From Sphingomonadales bacterium (lineage in GTDB: Bacteria; Pseudomonadota; Alphaproteobacteria; Sphingomonadales; Sphingomonadaceae): 44,600 bases of DNA. Shown one piece after another: positions 17,722 to 28,342 of the stretch (positions are counted from its first letter, which is position 1; each line of letters starts with the position of its first letter). The stretch lies in assembly GCA_028868335.1 (NCBI GenBank), contig JAGWUU010000001.1, positions 1-44,600 on the forward strand, given 5' to 3'. The position numbers and the translations under genes are program-made. Below the pieces are notes generated by a model, which was not told the DNA's origin, did no database searches, and saw nothing but the letters and a program-made list of their open reading frames with translations.

Positions 17722-20466
17722 ATGAGACAATTTTCCCGCAAGTCCGTTCTGGAAGCCCTTGCCGCGGCAACAAGTGTTCTGGCGCTGAGCGTTCCGGCCC
17801 ATGCCCAGGACGCACAGGCCAAGGGCACGCAAACCCAGGCCGAGGATGAAACGCCGGGCGGCCAGATCATTGTGACCGCAACACGCCGCGCCGAAGCCTT
17901 GTCCAACGTTCCAATCGCGATCTCGGCGGTGAACGCGCAGTCGCTGCAGAATTCCGGCGCGAACGACATCCGCCAGTTGAACCAGCTCGCCCCGTCGTTG
18001 CTGGTTTCCTCGACCGGGACGGAAGCCAATGGTTCGGCCCGCATTCGCGGCATTGGTACGGTCGGCGATAATCCGGGTCTTGAAAGCTCGGTCGCAGTGT
18101 TCATCGATGGCGTTTATCGTTCGCGTTCGGGCATCGGCCTCAACGAGCTTGGCGAGATCGAGCGCGTTGAAGTGCTGCGCGGGCCGCAGGGCACGCTGTT
18201 CGGACGCAACGCCTCGGCGGGCCTGATTCACATCATCAGCAAGAAGCCTTCGTTCACGTTCGGCGGCAATGCCGAGGCGACATACGGAAACTACAATTTC
18301 TGGCGTCTGTCCGGCGGGGTGACGGGGCCGATTTCCCAGACTCTCGCAGCACGGATCGACGGGGTCTATGTCAAGCGTGATGGCTTCTATCACGACGTCA
18401 TCAACAACACCGGCGTCAACAACCGCGATCGCTATTTCGTGCGCGGGCAGCTTCTGTGGGAACCCGACGATGCGACCACTGTTCGCCTGATCGGTGACTA
18501 TTCGCACAAGAGCGAGGATTGCTGCGGTGCGGTCTATCTCGATCGCGCATTCAATCCGCTGATCGGAGGGCTCAACGATCCCGCCCAGAACAATATCATC
18601 AAGGTGTTGACCGACCTTGGCCAGCCAGCCGCGGGTTTCAGCAATCCCTTCAGTCGCAACACCTGGATCAGCAAGGGACGCAGCGATCTGGGCAAGACCC
18701 GCGACGGCGGCGTCTCGTTGGAAATCAACCACGATTTCGGTGCGGCCAAGCTGACCTCGATCACGGCCTATCGCGACTACAAGAACGATCAGGCCGGCGA
18801 CGTGGACTATTCGGCGGTCGACATTCTCTACCGTTCGCTCGATGGCGGCGGTTATTCCCGGCACTTCAAGACACTCAGCCAGGAATTGCGCCTGCAAGGC
18901 ACGGCCTTCAACGATCGGCTTGACTGGCTGGTCGGCGGGTTCTTCGCCAACGAAGTCCTGACCCTGTCGGACAACCTCAAGTTTGGCAGCCAGTACGGCC
19001 GCTTCGCCACCTGCCGGATCGTCAGCGGTGGCGGACTTGCGGGGCTCTATTCCTACACCAACCCCGGCTGCGTCATCCCGGGAGTCGGACCTGCGACGAT
19101 CGCAGTGGCAAGCGGCGGCGGTGCGACCGGCACGGCGATCGCCAATGGCTTCGCCATGCTCGATACGCTCAACAACATGGGCAGCACTGGCGATCTCTAT
19201 CACCAGACCAGCAAGAACTATGCGGTGTTCACGCACAACATCATCTCGCTCACCGACAAGCTCAAGCTGACACTGGGTGCGCGTTATACCTGGGAAAAGA
19301 AGGACTTCGACGCTACCTTCCATAACAACAACACGGTCTGCCCTGCGTTGCAGAGCAGCCTGATCCCCGCGCTTTCCAGCGCCAATGCAACCGCGCGGGC
19401 GCTGGCCGGGGCCTTGATCGGTCTGGGTTGTCAGGGCAATTCGACCTCTGAACTTGAAGGCGTGTCGATCAACAGCAAGCGTGACGACAGCCAGTTCACC
19501 GGCACCGCCGTTCTGTCCTACAAAGTCACGCCGAACCTGATGGCCTATGCCAGCTTCTCGAAGGGCTACAAGGCGGGCGGCTTCAACCTCGATCGTTCGG
19601 CGCTGAAGTCCGCAATCCTGCCTTTTGCTGCGACGACGGGCGGGGCGCAGGCGTTTGTTGGCAATCTGCAATTCGATCCGGAAATCAACAACGCCTACGA
19701 GATCGGGATCAAGTACGGCACCCGTCCGTTCAGCCTGTCGATCACCGGATTCCGTCAGGAATTCAAGAACTTCCAGCTCAACACTTTCAATGGTTCGGTG
19801 TTCCTTGTGCAGACCGTCAATGGCTGCAAGACCAGTCTTGGTGGGCTGGACCGTGACGCAAGTTCGGCGACTGGTAGCTGCCCGATTGGCGATGTTGGCT
19901 ATGGTGTGCTCAGCCAGGGCGTGGAAATCGAAAGCGCGGTCAATCCGACCCGCAACCTCGGTTTCAATTTCGGCGTAACCTATGCCAGCACCAAGTACCG
20001 TAACGACCTTGTCGGCAACAAGAACGGCGATCCACTAGATGCGGCGTTGCGCATCCTGCCGGGTAGCCAGCTTTCCAACGCGCCGAAATGGGTTGTCACC
20101 AGTTCGGCTTCGTGGACTCCGCAGTTGGGCAATTCAGGCCTTTCCGCGCTGCTCTATGTCGACGGGCGCCTGACCGGTGATTACAACACCGGATCAGATC
20201 TGTTCCCGCAGAAGGCGCAGGACAGCTTCATGCTGGTCAATGCCCGCGTCGGCCTGCGTGGGCCCGACCAGAAGTGGGCGGTCGAATTCTGGGCACAGAA
20301 TGTGTTCAACAAGGATTACACGCAGGTTGCCTTCAATACGCCGTTCCAGGCGGGCGGTGCCTCGGCTTCCTTCGTCTATCCGCAGTTCCCCGGCGGACGG
20401 CAGATCTTCTCGGCCTTCCTGGCCGAGCCTCGGACCTATGGCGTGACGCTGCGCGGCAAGTTCTGA
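17722..20466 (+). CDS. TonB-dependent receptor
   Basis: Signal peptide, TonB box (QIIVTA), plug VEVLRGPQGTLFGRNASAG, C-terminal EPRTYGVTLRGKF. Confidence 0.95.
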   Translation: MRQFSRKSVLEALAAATSVLALSVPAHAQDAQAKGTQTQAEDETPGGQIIVTATRRAEALSNVPIAISAVNAQSLQNSGANDIRQLNQLAPSLLVSSTGTEANGSARIRGIGTVGDNPGLESSVAVFIDGVYRSRSGIGLNELGEIERVEVLRGPQGTLFGRNASAGLIHIISKKPSFTFGGNAEATYGNYNFWRLSGGVTGPISQTLAARIDGVYVKRDGFYHDVINNTGVNNRDRYFVRGQLLWEPDDATTVRLIGDYSHKSEDCCGAVYLDRAFNPLIGGLNDPAQNNIIKVLTDLGQPAAGFSNPFSRNTWISKGRSDLGKTRDGGVSLEINHDFGAAKLTSITAYRDYKNDQAGDVDYSAVDILYRSLDGGGYSRHFKTLSQELRLQGTAFNDRLDWLVGGFFANEVLTLSDNLKFGSQYGRFATCRIVSGGGLAGLYSYTNPGCVIPGVGPATIAVASGGGATGTAIANGFAMLDTLNNMGSTGDLYHQTSKNYAVFTHNIISLTDKLKLTLGARYTWEKKDFDATFHNNNTVCPALQSSLIPALSSANATARALAGALIGLGCQGNSTSELEGVSINSKRDDSQFTGTAVLSYKVTPNLMAYASFSKGYKAGGFNLDRSALKSAILPFAATTGGAQAFVGNLQFDPEINNAYEIGIKYGTRPFSLSITGFRQEFKNFQLNTFNGSVFLVQTVNGCKTSLGGLDRDASSATGSCPIGDVGYGVLSQGVEIESAVNPTRNLGFNFGVTYASTKYRNDLVGNKNGDPLDAALRILPGSQLSNAPKWVVTSSASWTPQLGNSGLSALLYVDGRLTGDYNTGSDLFPQKAQDSFMLVNARVGLRGPDQKWAVEFWAQNVFNKDYTQVAFNTPFQAGGASASFVYPQFPGGRQIFSAFLAEPRTYGVTLRGKF

Positions 20467-20482
20467 TCGCACGGACTGATGC

Positions 20483-20519
20483 TGAAGACCCGGAACCGAC
20501 AGGCGGCTCCGGGTCTTCA
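20483..20519 (+). terminator. Strong hairpin downstream of the TonB-dependent receptor
   Basis: TGAAGACCCGGA...TCCGGGTCTTCA 12-bp perfect stem; only a weak U-tail. Confidence 0.65.
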
Positions 20520-20614
20520 CTTGTCCGCTTTCGCTTGCCATTCGCCGTGCCAGCCGCAACAGCGGCGTCAACACGCCTTGAACCGGATGCCGAACGGGCT
20601 CTATGGATCGGGCC

Positions 20615-21058
20615 ATGCAATGGGTGCTGTCGATGACCTATCTATGGCTGAAGGCTGGGCACGTGGTGTTCGTGATCTTCTGGATGGCCGGGCTGTTCAT
20701 GCTGCCGCGCTTCTTTGTCTATCATCAGGAAGCGGCGCCGGATTCCCCTGAAAATGCCGTGTGGACCGATCGCGAGGCCAAGCTGCTCAGGATCATCCTG
20801 TGGCCTTCGCTGGTTGTCGTCTGGGTGTTGGGTCTGGCACTGGCCTGGACCATCGGCGCATTCGGGCAGGGCTGGTTTCACCTGAAGCTTGCCCTTGTTT
20901 TGGCGCTGACCGCTTACCATGTATGGCTTGCGGGCTATCACAAGGCCTTGGCCAATGGTGAGCGACGGCTGACCGGCAAGAGGCTGCGCCTGCTCAACGA
21001 AGTTCCCGGGATCGCCGCGGCCCTGATCGTCATTCTGGTGATCCTCAAGCCGTTCTGA
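20615..21058 (+). CDS. hemJ: Protoporphyrinogen IX oxidase HemJ (CopD-like)
   Basis: YLWLKAGHVVFVIFWMAGLFMLPRFFVYH, WFHLKL, RLLNEVP, LKPF; upstream of rho. Confidence 0.9.
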   Translation: MQWVLSMTYLWLKAGHVVFVIFWMAGLFMLPRFFVYHQEAAPDSPENAVWTDREAKLLRIILWPSLVVVWVLGLALAWTIGAFGQGWFHLKLALVLALTAYHVWLAGYHKALANGERRLTGKRLRLLNEVPGIAAALIVILVILKPF

Positions 21059-21062
21059 TCCG

Positions 21063-21091
21063 TTGACGGGAGGCCTTGCACGGCCTATTCG
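21063..21091 (+). promoter_or_regulatory. Putative sigma70 promoter of rho
   Basis: TTGACG-N17-TATTCG. Confidence 0.55.
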
Positions 21092-21198
21092 CAAGCCCAC
21101 CGACACTGCCCGCGATCCCGCGCGGCACGATCCGCTTTCTCCAAGCCCATTGATCGCGTCGGCCTATCCCTGACTCCGCAAAGACGGAAAAACACGAA

Positions 21199-22455
21199 AT
21201 GCATCTGAAAGAACTCAAGAAAAAAACCTCTGCCGAGCTGGTCGAAATGGCCGAAGAGCTGGGCGTTGAAGGCGCATCAACCATGCGCCGCCAGGACATC
21301 ATGTTCGGCATCCTCAAGGAAGTGGCCGAGGACGGCGAAGAAATCATCGGCCAGGGTACGATTGAAGTGCTTGCCGACGGTTTCGGCTTTCTCCGCAATG
21401 CCGAGGCGAACTATCTCGCCGGACCGGACGACATCTACGTCTCGCCCAACCAGGTCCGCAAATGGGGCCTGCGCACCGGCGACACCGTCGAGGGCGAGAT
21501 CCGCGCTCCCAAGGACGGCGAACGCTATTTCGCGATCGTCAAGCTTATCAGCGTCAACTACGACGATCCCGAAGTTGTCCGCCACCGCGTCAACTTTGAC
21601 AACCTGACCCCGCTTTATCCTGACAGCAAACTCAACCTCGATACCCTCGACCCCACGGTCAAGGACAAGTCGGCGCGGGTGATCGACATCATCTCACCGC
21701 AGGGCAAGGGCCAGCGCGCGCTGATCGTTGCCCCGCCGCGCACCGGCAAGACCGTGCTGCTGCAGAACATCGCCAAGGCTATCACCGACAACCATCCCGA
21801 GGTGTTCCTGCTCGTCCTGCTGGTCGACGAACGGCCCGAGGAAGTCACCGACATGCAGCGCTCGGTGAAGGGTGAGGTGATCTCCTCGACCTTCGACGAG
21901 CCCGCCAGCCGCCACGTCCAGGTCGCGGAAATGGTGATCGAGAAGGCCAAGCGCCTCGTCGAACACAAGCGCGACGTGGTGATCCTGCTGGACTCGATCA
22001 CGCGCCTCGGCCGCGCCTACAACACCGTGGTCCCGTCATCGGGCAAGGTGCTGACCGGCGGTGTCGACGCCAATGCTTTGCAGCGCCCCAAGCGCTTCTT
22101 CGGCGCAGCGCGCAATATCGAGGAAGGCGGTAGCCTCTCGATTATCGCCACCGCACTGATCGACACCGGCAGCCGCATGGACGAAGTGATCTTCGAAGAG
22201 TTCAAGGGCACCGGTAACAGCGAAATCGTCCTTGACCGCAAGGTCGCCGACAAGCGCATCTTCCCGGCGTTGGACGTCGGCAAGAGCGGCACCCGCAAGG
22301 AGGAGCTGCTGGTCCAGAAGGACAAGCTCTCCAAGATGTGGGTCCTGCGCCGTATCCTGATGCAGATGGGCACCGTCGACGCGATGGAGTTCCTTCTCGA
22401 CAAGATGAAGGATTCCAAGACCAACGAAGATTTCTTCGCGACGATGAACCAGTAG
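21199..22455 (+). CDS. rho: Transcription termination factor Rho
   Basis: [51 protein letters not shown]. Confidence 0.98.
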   Translation: MHLKELKKKTSAELVEMAEELGVEGASTMRRQDIMFGILKEVAEDGEEIIGQGTIEVLADGFGFLRNAEANYLAGPDDIYVSPNQVRKWGLRTGDTVEGEIRAPKDGERYFAIVKLISVNYDDPEVVRHRVNFDNLTPLYPDSKLNLDTLDPTVKDKSARVIDIISPQGKGQRALIVAPPRTGKTVLLQNIAKAITDNHPEVFLLVLLVDERPEEVTDMQRSVKGEVISSTFDEPASRHVQVAEMVIEKAKRLVEHKRDVVILLDSITRLGRAYNTVVPSSGKVLTGGVDANALQRPKRFFGAARNIEEGGSLSIIATALIDTGSRMDEVIFEEFKGTGNSEIVLDRKVADKRIFPALDVGKSGTRKEELLVQKDKLSKMWVLRRILMQMGTVDAMEFLLDKMKDSKTNEDFFATMNQ

Positions 22456-22456
22456 C

Positions 22457-23002
22457 GTGGGTCTTGTCTTTCCCCGGCACGCGGTACTCACCGGCGCGCC
22501 GGGGGCGGGCAAGTCAACCCTGCTCGATGCCGCCGCGGCAGCGGGAATGGCCACATCGCCGGAAGTTGCCCGGATGTTGCTGCAATCCCCCGGCGGGATG
22601 GAACTGCGCGCACGCGACCCGCTTGGCTTCGCCGAAGCCATGACCGAGGCCCACGCCCGCGAGTTTGAACGCTTTTCCGATCATACCGGCCCGGTGCTGT
22701 TCGACCGCGGCTTTCCCGACGTGGTCGGCTTCCTCGACGTCTCGGGCCTCGCCGTCCCCACCGCGATCGACCGCGCCTGCCGCACCCTGCGCTACCACGG
22801 CCCGATCCTGCGCGCGCCTGCCTGGGCGGACATCTATGTCCAGGATGATGAGCGGATCCAGGACTGGCAGCAGGCCGTCGCCAGTGACGAGGCGGTTACG
22901 GCGGCATGGAGGCGCTATGGGTACGAGGTCGCGGAATTGCCGCTTGCACCGGTCGCGGAGAGGCTGGATTTCCTCAAGTGCCAGCTTTACCCCGCCGCCT
23001 GA
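22457..23002 (+). CDS. P-loop ATPase (AAA_28 / NadR-kinase-like)
   Basis: VLTGAPGAGKSTLL Walker A, FDRG, YVQDDER; GTG start 1 nt after rho stop. Confidence 0.8.
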   Translation: MGLVFPRHAVLTGAPGAGKSTLLDAAAAAGMATSPEVARMLLQSPGGMELRARDPLGFAEAMTEAHAREFERFSDHTGPVLFDRGFPDVVGFLDVSGLAVPTAIDRACRTLRYHGPILRAPAWADIYVQDDERIQDWQQAVASDEAVTAAWRRYGYEVAELPLAPVAERLDFLKCQLYPAA

Positions 23003-23382
23003 AGCCGCGCTCCCATCAATTCCCAGACCTTGTTGATCGCCTTGAGCGGACGGACCATCACCTTGAAATCCTTTATCAGTCCGCTTTCACCAAAGCGGAT
23101 CAGGTCGATCCCGTTGACCAGGATGCCGTCCATCTCGGCCTCGAACTCGAGCATCACATTGTCGCCGTCGACCAGTTCGCGGACATAGCGGAAGCTGCCG
23201 TTGCCGAACACCGATCCGGCCGCGCCGAGGTAGGCCATGACCTTGGCCTTGCCCACCTGCGGGGTGTGGACCACGGGTGAGTGGAACACCGCGTCATCGG
23301 CCAGCATGGCCTCAAGCGCGGCGGGATCGCTGCCGCCATCCATGTAGGAGTGCCAGCGGGCGAGGCCTTCTCGCGCGCTCAC
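22987..23382 (-). CDS. NTF2/SnoaL-like family protein
   Basis: LADDAVFHSPV, NGIDLIRF...IKDFKVMVRPL. Confidence 0.85.
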   Translation of the reverse strand: MSAREGLARWHSYMDGGSDPAALEAMLADDAVFHSPVVHTPQVGKAKVMAYLGAAGSVFGNGSFRYVRELVDGDNVMLEFEAEMDGILVNGIDLIRFGESGLIKDFKVMVRPLKAINKVWELMGARLQAAG

Positions 23383-24077
23383 GCCAGATGCTCATCAAGG
23401 AAGGCCATGGTCCGCCCGTCGGCGATCTCGGCGCCGGCCTCGTTACGGCGGTTGCCCGATTCGGTGGCGAAGCCGTGGTCTAGTCCCTGGTAATCGTAGA
23501 GCGTGACGCGCGGGTTCTTGCCCAGTTCGGCGTGGATAGCAGCCTGGGCATCGGGCCCGACGAAGTGATCGGCGGTGGGGATGTGCAGCATCAGCGGCCG
23601 GGCGATGGCGTGGGCCTCGTTCAGCATGGTGTCGATCATCACGCCGTAATAGCCGACCGATGCGTCAATATCGGTGCGCGCAGCGACCATGTAGGCCAGC
23701 CGTCCGCCGAGGCAGTACCCAGCGCAACCGACCTTTGCGATTCCCTGCGTGGCGCGCAGCCACTTGATCGTCGCTTCGATATCATAAACCCCGGCGTTGG
23801 GATCATATTGCCCGAAATAGCCGAGCGCTTGCTGGAATTGCTCCGGCACGTCGGGATCGAGTTCGACCCCGGGGGCGAAGCGCCAGAAGATGTCCGGTGC
23901 AATGGCGAGAAATCCCGCCGCCGCCCATCGCTCGCAGCGGGCGCGTATGCCGGGGTTGATCCCGAAGATTTCAGGAATGACGATAACCGCCGCCTTTGCC
24001 GCGCCGCTCGGGCGGGCCATGAAGGCCGGGATGGTTTCGCCGCCATCGAGGCTGGGGATCTGCACGGTTTCGGACAT
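23379..24077 (-). CDS. Dienelactone hydrolase family protein
   Basis: EIFGIN, GYCLGG nucleophile, YYG, HGF. Confidence 0.9.
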   Translation of the reverse strand: MSETVQIPSLDGGETIPAFMARPSGAAKAAVIVIPEIFGINPGIRARCERWAAAGFLAIAPDIFWRFAPGVELDPDVPEQFQQALGYFGQYDPNAGVYDIEATIKWLRATQGIAKVGCAGYCLGGRLAYMVAARTDIDASVGYYGVMIDTMLNEAHAIARPLMLHIPTADHFVGPDAQAAIHAELGKNPRVTLYDYQGLDHGFATESGNRRNEAGAEIADGRTMAFLDEHLA

Positions 24078-24191
24078 GGTACTGGCTCCACCTGATCGGG
24101 ATTCGCCGCCAACCTAAGGCGAGCGTGGACTTTGCCAAGGGGCTATGCCAGCAAGGGGCTGGGAACAGTGGGGTTTGCCCGAGGAGGAACC

Positions 24192-24458
24192 ATGAAAGTC
24201 CATGTCGAAATCGACTGCACGCCCGAAGAAGCGCGTACTTTCCTCGGCTTGCCTGATGTGGCCAAGGCCAACGAATTTTATGTCGATGCCATTGGCAAGG
24301 CCATGAAGGGCGCGGCAAACGTCGATCAGCTCCAGGATTTCGCCAAGGGGCTTGCGCCGATGGGGCAGATCGGGATGAAACTGTTCCAGCAGTTCGTCGA
24401 AGGCAGCAGCGCGTTTGCTTCCGGCGCGGCGAAGAAATCGCCCAAGTCCGGGGATTGA
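24192..24458 (+). CDS. DUF6489 family protein
   Basis: MKVHVEIDCTPEEARTFLGLPDV; GAGGAGG RBS. Confidence 0.8.
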   Translation: MKVHVEIDCTPEEARTFLGLPDVAKANEFYVDAIGKAMKGAANVDQLQDFAKGLAPMGQIGMKLFQQFVEGSSAFASGAAKKSPKSGD

Positions 24459-24492
24459 TACGCCATCGGCGATGGGTCGCGCGACGCGCTGG

Positions 24493-25782
24493 ATGAGTGA
24501 CACGATCTTCGCCTTGTCGAGCGGCGCACCCCCGGCGGCGATCGCGGTTGTGCGGATCAGCGGACCGGATGCGGCGCTGGCGCTTACGGCGCTGGCCGGG
24601 CGCAAGCTGCCGCCGCGCAAGGCTGTTACGGTAAGTCTGCACAATGCCGACGGGGCACTGCTCGATCGCGCGCTGGGCCTGTGGCTGCCCGGCCCGGCGA
24701 CCGCCACTGGCGAGGATACGCTTGAACTGCACTGTCACGGCGGGCGCGCCGTGGTCGCCGCAGTGGAGGCGGCGCTTGCACGGGTGCCGGGCTTGCGCCG
24801 CGCGGAAGCCGGGGAGTTCACCCGCCGCGCTTTTACCAACGGGCGGATTGATCTGGCGGAAGCCGAAGGGCTGGCCGATCTGCTTGCCTCGGAGACGGAA
24901 GTGCAACGGCAAACTGCCATGGCCATGGTCGGCGGCGTCTTTTCGCGCCAGATCGGACAATGGCGCGAGCGGTTGCTGGGGCTTTCAGCAGCGGTCGAGG
25001 CAGTGCTCGATTTTGCCGACGAGGATGACGTTTCCGCGCTGCCCGAGGACTTTGTGCTACGCCTGACCGCCTTGCGGGAGGAAATCGCCCTGTGGCTTGA
25101 TCGTCCCCGCGCCGAAGTGCTTCGGGAAGGTTTCCGGGTGGTGCTGGCGGGACCACCTAACGCAGGTAAAAGCACACTTTTCAATGCCTTGGTTGAAAGC
25201 GATGCAGCGATTACCGCGCCTGTTGCGGGAACCACGCGCGATGTCTTGACCCATCCCGTCGCGATTTCCGGCATTCCTTTTCGCTTTGTCGATACCGCCG
25301 GACTGCGCGATGCGGTTGGCGATACGGTTGAAGCGATCGGGGTGGAGCGCGCCCGCGCCGCGGCCGATGCCGCAGACCTGATCCTGTGGCTTGGCCCGGA
25401 AGGGCAGGGGCCGGAGCAGGGGCTGGGGCAGGTATGGGAAATCGAGGCGCAGGTCGATGTTCCCGGCCACGCCCGAAAGCGTGCGCCGCGCCATCGGCTT
25501 TCTGCGATTGCCGGGGATGGCATGAACGCGCTGCGCGGCGATCTGGTGGCGACGGCTCGCGCCGCCCTGCCGCGGCCGGGCGAGGCGGCGCTGAGCATGC
25601 GTCAGCATCGGTTGATCGCCGAGGCGGCGGAGGCATTGGCTTCGGCTGAGGCTGTGCGCGATCCATTGCTCGTCGCCGAGGGTCTGCGCCTCACCAGAGT
25701 CGCCTTCGACGCGCTGCTTGGACGCACGACAACCGAAGATATGCTCGACGCACTGTTCGGGCGTTTTTGCATCGGCAAATAG
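24493..25782 (+). CDS. mnmE: tRNA modification GTPase MnmE
   Basis: DTIFALSSG, TGED..ELHCHGG, GPPNAGKS, GTTRD, DTAGLR, C-terminal FCIGK. Confidence 0.96.
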   Translation: MSDTIFALSSGAPPAAIAVVRISGPDAALALTALAGRKLPPRKAVTVSLHNADGALLDRALGLWLPGPATATGEDTLELHCHGGRAVVAAVEAALARVPGLRRAEAGEFTRRAFTNGRIDLAEAEGLADLLASETEVQRQTAMAMVGGVFSRQIGQWRERLLGLSAAVEAVLDFADEDDVSALPEDFVLRLTALREEIALWLDRPRAEVLREGFRVVLAGPPNAGKSTLFNALVESDAAITAPVAGTTRDVLTHPVAISGIPFRFVDTAGLRDAVGDTVEAIGVERARAAADAADLILWLGPEGQGPEQGLGQVWEIEAQVDVPGHARKRAPRHRLSAIAGDGMNALRGDLVATARAALPRPGEAALSMRQHRLIAEAAEALASAEAVRDPLLVAEGLRLTRVAFDALLGRTTTEDMLDALFGRFCIGK

Positions 25783-25798
25783 CCGGACCAATTTCCGT

Positions 25799-25814
25799 TG
25801 TTTCACGTGAAACA
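25799..25814. other. parS: parS centromere site (perfect palindrome)
   Basis: TGTTTCACGTGAAACA in the mnmE-mnmG intergenic region. Confidence 0.95.
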
Positions 25815-25838
25815 CTCCTGCGCTAAGGGCGGCGGGGC

Positions 25839-27686
25839 ATGCAGCAATTTGACATCCTTGTGATCGGCGGCGGCCACGCTGGCGTGGAAGCGGCGGCGGT
25901 CGCGGCGCGCATGGGCGCGCGCACGGCGCTGGTCAGCTTCGATCTCGACGCGATCGGGGCGATGAGCTGCAACCCCGCGATCGGCGGGTTGGGCAAAGGC
26001 CACCTCGTCCGCGAGGTTGACGCCTTCGATGGGATCATTGCCAGGGCTGCAGACGCCGGGGCTATCCATTATCGCATGCTCAATCGCTCCAAGGGATCGG
26101 CGGTGCAGGGGCCTCGCGTGCAGGCAGACCGCAAGCGGTTCAAGGCCGCCGTCCAGCACCTGTTGGCCCGGCAGGGAGATCTGACCCTGGTTCACGGCGA
26201 AGCGGCCGCCTTGCGCCTGTCGGGCGGTGCGGCGCGGGGAATCGTCCTGGCGGACGGCACCGAAATCGCCGCAGAGGCCGTTGTGCTTTGCACCGGAACC
26301 TTTCTTGGCGGAGTGCTGTTCAGGGGTGAGGAACGCATCGTCGGCGGGCGGATCAACGAAGCATCGGCGCAGCGCCTGGCCGCCCAATTGCGCGAGGCGG
26401 ATTTACCGATGGCGCGACTCAAGACCGGAACCCCGCCGCGCCTTGATGGGCGTACGATCGACTGGGCCCGCCTTGACGAGCAGCCTTCGGATGGTGAGCC
26501 CTGGACGATGAGCGCCATGGGGCAGGGGCGGTGTTTGCCCCAGGTGTTCTGCGCGATCACGCGCACCAACCCGGCCAGTCATGACGTCATCCGCGCCAAC
26601 CTGCACCGCTCGCCGCTCTTCAGTGGCGCCATCGGAGCCTCGGGCCCGCGCTATTGCCCGTCGATTGAGGACAAGATCCACCGCTTCGCCGACCGCGACG
26701 GGCATCAGGTGTTTCTTGAGCCGGAAGGGCTCGACACGCACCTTGTCTATCCCAACGGGATCAGCACCTCACTGCCTGCCGATGTGCAGCTCGCCATGCT
26801 TCGGACCATGGATGGACTCGGGCGGGTGGCGATGGCTGTCCCGGGCTATGCCGTGGAGTACGATCACATCGACCCACGCGCCTTGCGGCAGAACCTGGAG
26901 TTGAGGGCCATTCCCGGACTATTCTGCGCTGGTCAGATCAACGGTACGACAGGCTACGAGGAAGCGGCGGCGCAAGGCCTGATCGCCGGGATGAATGCTG
27001 CCGCGAGCGTGCTTGGGCGCGAACCCGCTGCACTCGACCGTGCCAACAGCTATATGGCGGTGATGGTCGATGACCTGACACTGCACGGTGTTACCGAACC
27101 CTATCGTATGCTGACCGCCCGCGCGGAATACCGCCTGCGGCTGCGCGCCAACAATGCTGCCAGCCGCCTCACGCCGCTGGCGATCGCTGCGGGTTGCGTC
27201 GGCGAGGAGCGCAGGGCGTGGTTTGAGCGGCGCCAACAGCAGCGCAGCCGGCTTGAGGCCGCACTGGATCGCCAAGCGACAGCCAACGAGCTTGCCCAGG
27301 CGGGCCTGCCGGTGCGGAGCGACGGCGGCCGCCTGCCGCTGCGTGAGTGGCTGCGGTTTGGCGGGGTCGATCTTGAGGGGCTGGCACCGTGGATCGACGA
27401 CGAACTTGCGGTCGATACCGCACTCGCCGAGGAAGTCGCCGAGGATGCCGCCTATGCTCCCTACCTGGCCCGTCAGGAGAGCGAATTGCGCGATCTGCGG
27501 GCGGGTGAGGAGTTGGCCTTGGGGGACGAGTTTCCCTACGGTGACATCCCCGGTCTCTCCCGCGAAATGGTTGAGCGGCTGACAGCGGCTCGGCCCGCGA
27601 CGCTGGCCGCGGCGGGGCGGGTGCCGGGAGTGACGCCTGCCGCGCTCGCGGCGCTGTTGGTGCAGGCACGGCGCCGCGCCGCATGA
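25839..27686 (+). CDS. mnmG: tRNA uridine 5-carboxymethylaminomethyl modification enzyme MnmG (GidA)
   Basis: [51 protein letters not shown]. Confidence 0.97.
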   Translation: MQQFDILVIGGGHAGVEAAAVAARMGARTALVSFDLDAIGAMSCNPAIGGLGKGHLVREVDAFDGIIARAADAGAIHYRMLNRSKGSAVQGPRVQADRKRFKAAVQHLLARQGDLTLVHGEAAALRLSGGAARGIVLADGTEIAAEAVVLCTGTFLGGVLFRGEERIVGGRINEASAQRLAAQLREADLPMARLKTGTPPRLDGRTIDWARLDEQPSDGEPWTMSAMGQGRCLPQVFCAITRTNPASHDVIRANLHRSPLFSGAIGASGPRYCPSIEDKIHRFADRDGHQVFLEPEGLDTHLVYPNGISTSLPADVQLAMLRTMDGLGRVAMAVPGYAVEYDHIDPRALRQNLELRAIPGLFCAGQINGTTGYEEAAAQGLIAGMNAAASVLGREPAALDRANSYMAVMVDDLTLHGVTEPYRMLTARAEYRLRLRANNAASRLTPLAIAAGCVGEERRAWFERRQQQRSRLEAALDRQATANELAQAGLPVRSDGGRLPLREWLRFGGVDLEGLAPWIDDELAVDTALAEEVAEDAAYAPYLARQESELRDLRAGEELALGDEFPYGDIPGLSREMVERLTAARPATLAAAGRVPGVTPAALAALLVQARRRAA

Positions 27687-28342
27687 TCCTCGATTCGGAA
27701 GACGCGGCACGGGCCTGGCTCGAGACGCTACCCGAATGGGATGGCGGGGCGGGTGAACGGATCGAACGCCTGGTTGCGCTTTTGCGGGCGGAAAACGAGC
27801 GGCAGAATCTCGTTGCCGCGGCGAGCCTTGGCGCGATTTGGCAACGGCACATTGCCGATTCGGCCCAGCTCCTGCCGCATGTTCCACGTGAAGCCGCCAG
27901 TCCTTGGCTCGATCTTGGCGCGGGGGCAGGGTTCCCCGGACTTGTCGTGGCGGCGCTGCGGCCCGATTCGAAAGTCCATCTGGTCGAGTCGCGCAAGCGG
28001 CGGATCGATTGGCTCGAATCGGTGTGCGGGGAACTGGGTCTGGCGAACGTCGCGGTGCATGGCTGCCGGGTGGAGGCCCTGCAACTCGCCCCGGTTCGCG
28101 TCATTTCGGCACGCGCCTTTGCCCCGCTCCCCAAACTTCTCGATCTATCCGCCCGCTTTTCCACAGCGGACACCGTATGGTTGTTGCCCAAAGGGCGGTC
28201 TGCACAGCATGAACTGGATGCGCTTTCCGGTTGGAGTCACATGTTCCACGTGGAACAATCGCTCACCGATCGGGAAGCGGGCGTCATCACCGGAACGCTG
28301 TCGGGCCGCACCATGGCCGCAAAGAAGGGACGAAAATCGTGA
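27683..28342 (+). CDS. rsmG: 16S rRNA m7G527 methyltransferase RsmG (GidB)
   Basis: [30 protein letters not shown]. Confidence 0.95.
   Translation: MILDSEDAARAWLETLPEWDGGAGERIERLVALLRAENERQNLVAAASLGAIWQRHIADSAQLLPHVPREAASPWLDLGAGAGFPGLVVAALRPDSKVHLVESRKRRIDWLESVCGELGLANVAVHGCRVEALQLAPVRVISARAFAPLPKLLDLSARFSTADTVWLLPKGRSAQHELDALSGWSHMFHVEQSLTDREAGVITGTLSGRTMAAKKGRKS
27880..27895. other. parS: Degenerate parS site inside rsmG
   Basis: TGTTCCACGTGAAGCC: intact left arm and core, degenerate right end. Confidence 0.65.
28242..28257. other. parS: parS site inside rsmG (perfect palindrome)
   Basis: TGTTCCACGTGGAACA. Confidence 0.92.
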
